Source of the DNA: Candidatus Omnitrophota bacterium
GTDB lineage: Bacteria > Ratteibacteria > UBA8468 > MWAK01
Direction of reading: 5' to 3'
Assembly (NCBI GenBank): GCA_043826355.1
Contig: JBDRQI010000002.1
Span: 1 to 64,000 of the forward strand
Length of the DNA: 64,000 nt
The notes under the pieces are model-generated. The model saw nothing but the letters and a program-made list of their open reading frames with translations, searched no databases and was not told where the DNA came from. Position numbers and translations under genes: made by a program. This document shows positions 57,021 through 64,000 of this stretch, one piece after another (positions within the stretch are counted from its first letter, which is position 1; each line of letters begins with the position of its first letter).

Positions 57021-60000
57021 ATTGGACGGCGGACGATAAGTTCCGGCGCGGCCATGAGACCGCAGGAGACCGACTGGTATTCTTCCTGCCACTCTTTTCC
57101 TTCGGTCGCGTATTGTGGGGAACCGGTCCAGATAGGCCACTTTTTTGCAAGGTGAAGGGGGCCGTGGGAGTTTCTTCGATGGCCAATTATTTCTATCGCC
57201 AGGGTTGACTCTTTTTGTCCGGAAACAAAATCGGTGACATCAATTTCGTAAGGTTCCCAGGCACGGACACCGGCTTCCTTCCCGTCTACCAGGATGCGCA
57301 CAGCAACTCCGCGGTAATTCGGGATGCGCACGAAAAGACGGCCGCCTTCCGGAACAACCGGCTGAATCTTCCTCAAATAACTGACCGAACCGGAGTAAAA
57401 CGGCAGCCCTTGTTCTGTCCAGTCACCCAACTTCAGGGAATGGACCGGTGCGGTAAGTGAGACCCGGGTTCCCGTAACCTCTGCGCCGAAATCACCCAGA
57501 AGGTAGATTATTTCCAGGCCCGGATGGTTCTCATCGTATGCGCATTCCAGGAGAATTTCGTTTTGACCGGAACGAAGCAGGGCAGAGTCAATCGGGACGG
57601 TGCGCAGGGAGCGGTCCACCCACCAGCCGCATTCGGCATCAACGGAAACAGGCGTTCCGTTTAAGCTGATGCGAAAGAGGTGTGGTTTCTCCAGAGCCAG
57701 AGAGATCTTTCCGCCCGGTGTTGCGGCGGATTCAAAGGTATACAGAAGGGAGATTGGAACTGATTTGGGCCTGGGGTTTTTCTGCTGCGCCCAGGGCTGG
57801 ACCATATCCCCGGTGCGGTGCGGAATGCCCAGATAATCGCGGACAACCTTGTCGGCGCGAAGAACTTCATTTTCCGGCTGCCGCTTGTCGTCGGCAATCT
57901 TAAGTTGCGGACGGTCCAGCGGCAGGACGTTTGGTTCTGAGAGACGGATTTCCCAGTCCGGTCCATCCAGGACGGAATGGCTGTTTTCCTTCAGGTGTAT
58001 CCGGGGGCCGGCCTCAACGGAAAGAGATTTTTTGGGTATCAGGAACAACCGGCTTCCCAGCTTCGGAAGATCAGTGTGGATAATGTATCCGTACGGAGTT
58101 TGCCTGGTATCGGCGGCAACTATCTCTCCGGTTTCCGGGTTGAGTTCCAGCGGGGCATACTGCCAGTCGGGAACTCCGCGGATGATAACCTTCGGGAAAA
58201 ACAGGTTTCGCTCGCGCACGCTGAGTTCCTTCTGGATATGACGTTCGCTGCCCGCAAAGTCCTGTCCGGTATTGCAGACAAAGAGGTAGAGGGCGTTTTT
58301 GTCCTCACGCAGCAGATAGAGGACCGGTCCTAATTCCTGCCCCCCTTCCCGGTCGGTAATGGAAATGCGCCGGCAGTTATCTTCCAAAGTTTTGACAAGT
58401 TCTGTGCCGGCTGCCGGCGCCTTCCGGCATTGGGCCGCAAAATCCTTAACCTCGGTTGACGGTGTTGCATCAACGTATTCGGGCGGTTCTCCGGCGAATG
58501 TAATGTGGCCGCCTGCTTTTTGGAAGCGCTTAATAAGAGCCAGGGTGGTGCGGCGCATGGTAAGCATCGGCGGTACCAGGATGCTCCGGTACGAAGCCCG
58601 GCCGATTACGAAAACGGCGCTGCCGTCTTTTTTCCCGATACGGCCGTGCCGGAAAAGAATATCCTCGTCTCCGTAGTCAAAATCCAGGTGGCCGGCCAGA
58701 AGAGCGTCGCTCAACCTCCAGAAGGTGCGGTCATATTTTTCCACTTCCGGGCTTTTCCGCCAGTCAGACCGGAGCAAGACCCACATGCTTTCCACCGGAT
58801 GGATAACCAGAAGGTCCCGCGCTTCTTCCCCCCGGGTCATAACCGTATTGATGCGGCCGAAATAATCTTCTACGCGCGAATAGAACTTCCACCAGGGTGA
58901 CTGGTAGGAGATGGAGGCGGGATAGTCCCGTTTTGCCTCTCCGAGCATGGTGTACCAGGCAAGGTGCTGGCACCGCAGGTTGATACCCAGGGCGGCCTGC
59001 CAGTCGCCTAACGCCTTATGGCCGGAAAAAGGAAAGTCCCAGCCGGTACATCCGTAGGTTTCGGTAAGCCGCCATTTCCGGCCGAATTGCCGGGCAGCGG
59101 AACTTACCTGTTTGGCGACGGTGAAAATCCGCCAGTACTCGGTGAGCAGGTCCATGCCCGGCGCCTGCATGTATTCGTATAAGCGCATGCAGCTGCCCAC
59201 CACATCGGTCTGGCTGGAAAGCGTATCCTCGCCAAGGATGTGACCGGTCAAGAACAGGTTATTTTTCCCGCACCACTCCCCAATCTGACGGCCGAATGAC
59301 TGGACAAAAAGATGCGTCACGCATTCGTGGTAGTGATATCGCGCCGGCGTAAACGACTGCCCGTCAACATCAAGGAAAAGTTCCGGTAGGTGTGCGGTGA
59401 GGTCGTAGCCATAGCGGCGCTTGAAGACCAGAAGCAGTTTTCCGGTCCAGGCGCAAGCAGCGCGCCCGGTCTTTTCCCAATCCTCGGAAAACATGGAAAA
59501 GTTTTGATAGGGTTCATCGGTGAAGATGCCGGGGATGGATTTGCCGAACCGGGAACCAACCTCTTTCCGGTACGCAGCGTAGGTAACCTTGATGAACTGC
59601 CGCACTGCGTCGGGGTTGAGCGTATCAAGATACGTGTACCCGTTGAACCAGGAACTGCCTTCATTAATCTTTACGGAAAAGACCAGCAGTGTTTCTCCGG
59701 GAGAAAGCCGAACCGGTTTCTTCCCGGGTATCCTGCGTACATCACGGGCGGAGGTTCCTTCCACTTTTGCCGCAAATACGGCGACGGTATTCTTGGTCCG
59801 CTTCAGTTTTCGCGGGTCGGATAATTTCTCCATTACCAGAGAGCGCGCCCGGTATCCGGGATTTTTGGTAACCAGGCCGCCGGCCGCACCCGAGGGCCAG
59901 CGGTCCTCATCGTAAAGCCAGGCTTTCATGCCCAGTTTCTCCGCTTCCTCGCAACAGGTGCGGATACAGTCAAACCACTCGTCGGAAAGGTAGGGAGTGT

Positions 60001-60190
60001 CAAGTCCGATTCGGGAATGCATGAAGAACCCGCCCAGGCCCATCTCTTTCATCAGGCGTATCTGGCGCCGGAGTTCATCCGGTTTCAGCTTGCCGTTCCA
60101 TGCCCAGAAGGGCGCGCCCCGGAATAAACTTCCCGGATTTTTAAATTCGCGTTGCAACGTCTTCAGCGTTTCCTGCGTCTTTTTCTGCAT
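57017..60190 (-). CDS. GH106/GH2-like glycoside hydrolase (alpha-L-rhamnosidase-like), cytoplasmic
   Basis: PFWAWNG, GGFFMHSR, WLYDEDRWPSG, FTDEP, PGMD, ETYG, LGINLR..H, GLPFYSG. Confidence 0.82.
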   Translation of the reverse strand: MQKKTQETLKTLQREFKNPGSLFRGAPFWAWNGKLKPDELRRQIRLMKEMGLGGFFMHSRIGLDTPYLSDEWFDCIRTCCEEAEKLGMKAWLYDEDRWPSGAAGGLVTKNPGYRARSLVMEKLSDPRKLKRTKNTVAVFAAKVEGTSARDVRRIPGKKPVRLSPGETLLVFSVKINEGSSWFNGYTYLDTLNPDAVRQFIKVTYAAYRKEVGSRFGKSIPGIFTDEPYQNFSMFSEDWEKTGRAACAWTGKLLLVFKRRYGYDLTAHLPELFLDVDGQSFTPARYHYHECVTHLFVQSFGRQIGEWCGKNNLFLTGHILGEDTLSSQTDVVGSCMRLYEYMQAPGMDLLTEYWRIFTVAKQVSSAARQFGRKWRLTETYGCTGWDFPFSGHKALGDWQAALGINLRCQHLAWYTMLGEAKRDYPASISYQSPWWKFYSRVEDYFGRINTVMTRGEEARDLLVIHPVESMWVLLRSDWRKSPEVEKYDRTFWRLSDALLAGHLDFDYGDEDILFRHGRIGKKDGSAVFVIGRASYRSILVPPMLTMRRTTLALIKRFQKAGGHITFAGEPPEYVDATPSTEVKDFAAQCRKAPAAGTELVKTLEDNCRRISITDREGGQELGPVLYLLREDKNALYLFVCNTGQDFAGSERHIQKELSVRERNLFFPKVIIRGVPDWQYAPLELNPETGEIVAADTRQTPYGYIIHTDLPKLGSRLFLIPKKSLSVEAGPRIHLKENSHSVLDGPDWEIRLSEPNVLPLDRPQLKIADDKRQPENEVLRADKVVRDYLGIPHRTGDMVQPWAQQKNPRPKSVPISLLYTFESAATPGGKISLALEKPHLFRISLNGTPVSVDAECGWWVDRSLRTVPIDSALLRSGQNEILLECAYDENHPGLEIIYLLGDFGAEVTGTRVSLTAPVHSLKLGDWTEQGLPFYSGSVSYLRKIQPVVPEGGRLFVRIPNYRGVAVRILVDGKEAGVRAWEPYEIDVTDFVSGQKESTLAIEIIGHRRNSHGPLHLAKKWPIWTGSPQYATEGKEWQEEYQSVSCGLMAAPELIVRRPI

Positions 60191-60206
60191 TTTCCCCCTT
60201 ATGCGG

Positions 60207-62756
60207 TCAACCGCTCAAAACATGGATGCCCTCTTGTATCGGTGCTATCCGGTATGATTGGCCAAACCGTAGATATTTTTGCGGCCGGACAACCATCTTA
60301 TCGTTAAAAAACAACGGTTTCCCATCGGGAAGCGGCAGACCGGCGAGCGCCGAAGCGCCGGGCGGAAGCGAAATTTCCAACTGCCAATTCCCGTTATATT
60401 CCCAGCTAACGTCTATCACCCCTTTTGGTGTCGGAATGCGGCCGCGAGCCCAGGTAAGATTACCGCGCTGCGGTAGCACCATAAAGTCCGTTGCCGGATC
60501 GTCCGAGGGGGCAACACCGAGGATATACCGTCCAAGGACAAATGCGGGCGCACAAGCCCAACCGTGGGAAAGCGAACCGTTTTCGCGGTTCCAGACTTCC
60601 CAGACGGTCGTTGCTCCCTGGCGGGAAAAATCGCCCCAGCGCAGGCGGATAAGATCGAGCGCCTCAACCGTCATCCCCAATTCATACATCGCTTCCAGTG
60701 CGAAGCCGGCAAAATACGGCGTACCGAGCGGAACCATTTTTTCATCATCCCAGCGGTACCGGTTGAGCGCGATGGCTACGCCGGAGTTGGCATCGCCGGC
60801 TTCCGGAATGATAATATCGTAGTCCTTACGGTCGGGAACGAAAATGCTGAAGAGATTTTCTCCCTGCAAACGTTTCAGGATTGAATTCCGCTGTCCTTCA
60901 TTCGCCAGGCCGAACAGAACCGCCAGATAGTTTTCCTGACAGCCCCAGCGGGCCAACTGTTTTCCCTGGTGCCAACCGTTCACGAAAACCCCGCGGCCGG
61001 CGTCCCAAAAAAGTATTTGAAAGTTTCGCTTTAAAGTCCCGGCGCTTTCCAGGAGGGATTTTGCGGCCGACAATTCACCGGCTGCCCCGGAGATGGCGGC
61101 GGCCGCGCTCAGGAAGTGGTACGCGTGTGCATTCCAGGCGGCGTTGGCGCCTCTGGTGTCCACCGGCGACCAGTCGATAAAATTGTAAATGTTTGTCTCC
61201 GCCGATACCTCGAGGGGCAGGTTGCCGTATATTCCTTCGGGCAGGCGATAGGTTTCAAGCCAGTCGGCAATGCGTTTGATTGTCGGCCACAATTCCCGCC
61301 CAAGGCTGCGGTCACCGGTGTGCCGGATATAATCACGTACGCTGACCGCATAGGTAAGGGTCCAGGTGGAAATATGGGAACTTTTGCAGCTGGGATACTT
61401 GCTTTGCATCGCTCCCGACGGAAGCTGCCCGCGCGCGTGCTGGCGCAGGAAACGCCGCATCAAGGCCGTGTCGCCGAACACGTAATAGTTTGCCAGCGCC
61501 TTGATAACGTCGTCACCAAGCCAGGAGCCGCGCTCGCGCCACGGCGTATCCATATATCCGTCTTCCATGCAGAGCTGCGCGGTATGGGCGCTGATTTCCC
61601 ATGCCTGGTCAAGCGCCGGGTCGCTGCAGACAAAGCGGCCCGTCCACTGCACCGGATAGGTGCTGCGCTGCAGCGCCACTGATTCTACGGTGGCGCGTCC
61701 TCCCCGGACATCTATTTGCAGATAGCGGAAACACTTAGGCCAGGTGATGCGATGTTTCAACGTACCTTCCCCGAGGATGAGGCGGTCAACGTATGGAAGG
61801 TGCTTGGTTGGGTCTATTGTCCCCAGCCGCAGATGTTCGGCATAACTAACATCAACGATTGTTCCCGGTATTCCGTTCAATTCAATTATGGGGTAGCCGG
61901 TCCAGATGCGTCCGAAATCCCAGAGCGCATAACAACCGTCTGAAGCAGGAAGCGCGGAAGCATCCAGCATCCAGCGGTCTGCTCGGCCGCTCCTGCCCGG
62001 TTCTACGGAAACCAGTCCCTGGTTGTCTGCCGTCCTTCGGGCTGATACGATCTGCCGGGGCAATCCGGTCATCTCCCCGGAATCCAACGCTGAATCAAAC
62101 CGGGTAATCCCCGTTGCAATGCATCGGTCCGGCTGGTGGGTGTTCCAGTTGAAAAGAGGTATGTCGCGCAACTCAAGGTTTTCCGGAGGCATAAGTTCTG
62201 ACAATTCAGTGGCATGACTCCAGGCGGAATCATCAAAATCATTATTCCAGGGTTCGCCGAGCGTCAGACGCGCGTCAAAAGATTGGACCGGGGGCTGGAA
62301 ATCATCGCGGCTGATGGTCTTGGCCGCGTAAGCACGCTCGCGGCAAACCCTCCACGAGCGGTCGCTGACAATCTCTTTTCCGTTGCAGTAAATACAGGCG
62401 CGGAGTGCCCCGCGTTTGGGCATGCAGGAAGTGATTTTACCGGACGAGCCGTAACTGTAAACCAGAACCGTAACGGTATTGGCGCCCGCCGCAATATTTG
62501 ATTCTATTTGATAACGGTCGAAAGTGGGTGTTTCCCAATGAAACTTCGGCGGACCAAACCCTACCGGACGGCCGTTAATCCACAAAAAGTAACGGAGGTC
62601 CGCGGTAATGTCAATCCGGGCGCCGGCAGGGTTTCGAACGGCGAAACTGCGCCGGGCATAAATCCAGACGTTGGACTCACCCGGGTCATCTTCGGTCCAT
62701 ATCCAGCGGGCGTTTCTGAGTCCATTATGAGGCTGGATTAAAGGGTTCATGTTCAT
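60207..62756 (-). CDS. GH78-family alpha-L-rhamnosidase-like protein
   Basis: ITAD..Y.L.ING, DFG, FRY, D.P.RER..WLGD, FIDW, GATTVWE, SLSHGW..AP, PTP.G. Confidence 0.9.
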   Translation of the reverse strand: MNMNPLIQPHNGLRNARWIWTEDDPGESNVWIYARRSFAVRNPAGARIDITADLRYFLWINGRPVGFGPPKFHWETPTFDRYQIESNIAAGANTVTVLVYSYGSSGKITSCMPKRGALRACIYCNGKEIVSDRSWRVCRERAYAAKTISRDDFQPPVQSFDARLTLGEPWNNDFDDSAWSHATELSELMPPENLELRDIPLFNWNTHQPDRCIATGITRFDSALDSGEMTGLPRQIVSARRTADNQGLVSVEPGRSGRADRWMLDASALPASDGCYALWDFGRIWTGYPIIELNGIPGTIVDVSYAEHLRLGTIDPTKHLPYVDRLILGEGTLKHRITWPKCFRYLQIDVRGGRATVESVALQRSTYPVQWTGRFVCSDPALDQAWEISAHTAQLCMEDGYMDTPWRERGSWLGDDVIKALANYYVFGDTALMRRFLRQHARGQLPSGAMQSKYPSCKSSHISTWTLTYAVSVRDYIRHTGDRSLGRELWPTIKRIADWLETYRLPEGIYGNLPLEVSAETNIYNFIDWSPVDTRGANAAWNAHAYHFLSAAAAISGAAGELSAAKSLLESAGTLKRNFQILFWDAGRGVFVNGWHQGKQLARWGCQENYLAVLFGLANEGQRNSILKRLQGENLFSIFVPDRKDYDIIIPEAGDANSGVAIALNRYRWDDEKMVPLGTPYFAGFALEAMYELGMTVEALDLIRLRWGDFSRQGATTVWEVWNRENGSLSHGWACAPAFVLGRYILGVAPSDDPATDFMVLPQRGNLTWARGRIPTPKGVIDVSWEYNGNWQLEISLPPGASALAGLPLPDGKPLFFNDKMVVRPQKYLRFGQSYRIAPIQEGIHVLSG

Positions 62757-63053
62757 AACTTTGCCTTTTTTCTAAAATAACCTGACACCCTCCGTTTATC
62801 CGGCAAAAAGAGATATTTTATCCGAAGACTATGCCTGATTTATTATATTATACTCTGCCGTATCTGTTTGTTATTAAAAAGATCCGGACTTAGTGTTGAT
62901 TGTATGTAACTTTTTGATGATTTAGACGAAACAACGGTCTTGAATCTTACGAATCTTGCCCCGGAAGGTTACGGCTTCGCTTACCGGCTGAAACGATTTG
63001 CGCAATGATTTATGTCCGGGGATATTTTCCCGGGTTGCCGAAGTTGACCCTTT

Positions 63054-64000
63054 TTACCGCAGACCGGCGTGTTCGTCCAAGCCATCCATAATGGCCCGGC
63101 AGTTTTCCTGCCAGCGTTCCGGAGGCATGTCTTCCGTAATGCCCATTATCAACCCGGCAACCGTCTTCACCTGGTTCAGCAGGTCTATGGCGGTCTTCTT
63201 AATCTCTGCGCTTGTCTTCAGGTGAGCGGATGACGGAAAGTTGAGCCAGATGACCTTGTCCGGCCAGGCATCCCTTGCTTCTTTCAACGTCATGTCCGTG
63301 TCCGGGGCCGGCGTGAACGCCTCAATGTAATCCAGTCCGGCGCCGGCGATCGCCTTAGCCAGCACGCGGCAGTTGGCATCAAAGTGGCAGCCGACCAATT
63401 TTCCGTGCCGGTGCATAATCTCCGCCGCCTCGTTGTAGTGTTGAACATAATACTTTTCAAAAGTTTCCAGGCCGATGATTTCCGGAACGACGTTTCCGCC
63501 GTAGTTGGCGTGCGAAGCCGGGGATTCCGCCACCAGGGAGTAAATCCGGCGGCGGTTGGCGACGATGGCGTCGTAGATTTTTAATACTTCATCCCGGTTG
63601 TCCATCCATTCCAGACAGAAAGTCTGGGTGCTCATAACCTCGTCCGAAATCAAGGTCTGCAGCGGTTCCAGGCCGAAGCCCGCCCGGAAGATGGCGTCTT
63701 CGCCGAAACTCTTTTCCGCCGCCGTAAAGACTTCATAAGTCGGTTTATACTGCTCGTTTTTGAAGAGGAAAAGGATAGCCTTATAGTCTTTGGGCCCCTT
63801 GAACATCTTCTCGTGGCACCAGGTGGTGAATACGACCGGCTCGGACAGGGTGGTCAGGGTGCCGACCGGAGTTTCGTAATAGGTCCTGACAAACTGCCGT
63901 TCTCCTTCCCAGTAAACGTCCTGGGTTGTTTTGACATTCGGCCGGATGGTTTTAAAGACCGGCACATCCCTCTTGACGATGCACAAGCCCCGGTTGCGCA
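63054..64000 (-). CDS. Uroporphyrinogen-decarboxylase/MtaA-like protein (5' end beyond the window)
   Basis: TP.G.L, FEKYY...Y, CHFD, YIEAFTP.P..D, W.NFP, TED. Confidence 0.7.
   Translation of the reverse strand, partial: RNRGLCIVKRDVPVFKTIRPNVKTTQDVYWEGERQFVRTYYETPVGTLTTLSEPVVFTTWCHEKMFKGPKDYKAILFLFKNEQYKPTYEVFTAAEKSFGEDAIFRAGFGLEPLQTLISDEVMSTQTFCLEWMDNRDEVLKIYDAIVANRRRIYSLVAESPASHANYGGNVVPEIIGLETFEKYYVQHYNEAAEIMHRHGKLVGCHFDANCRVLAKAIAGAGLDYIEAFTPAPDTDMTLKEARDAWPDKVIWLNFPSSAHLKTSAEIKKTAIDLLNQVKTVAGLIMGITEDMPPERWQENCRAIMDGLDEHAGLR

Noticed and set aside
1..64000. CRISPR array, rRNA, integrase, transposase or prophage
   Set aside because: No regularly spaced repeats or recognisable motifs were found by eye; the repeats present are dispersed palindromes

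Overview
Bacterial chromosomal window of moderate GC with some AT-richer genes. It probably comes from an anaerobic, carbohydrate-degrading lineage; that assignment is an inference from gene content only. Contents from start to end: (i) a cluster of secreted CBM-bearing, unclassified glycoside-hydrolase-like genes (1-7.5 kb); (ii) housekeeping genes (purS-like, purC, murI, amidase, malQ, plsY, arsC, purF-carA-carB, mscL, cutA); (iii) five intact tRNAs (Cys-GCA, Gly-CCC, Leu-TAA, Arg-GCG, Ser-CGA); (iv) a catabolic-looking operon containing a non-pyrrolysine MttB-family methyltransferase; (v) a 15.5-kb minus-strand run that mixes the Wood-Ljungdahl methyl branch (fchA-folD-metV-metF...fhs) with GH29, GH78 and GH106-like glycosidases and two UroD/MtaA-fold proteins. 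Most notable observations: (1) PurF and CarA of the purF-carA-carB operon both show degenerate glutaminase sites, suggesting an ammonia-dependent nucleotide-entry module; (2) the glycosidase/UroD-like/C1-folate run may couple removal of methyl groups from sugars to THF metabolism; (3) all five tRNAs are followed by a short inverted copy of their own T-arm, and degenerate tRNA 5'-half relics lie next to two of them; (4) several palindromic repeat families fill intergenic spaces and appear inserted in frame into malQ and an MBL-fold gene. No CRISPR array, rRNA, integrase or transposase was seen.
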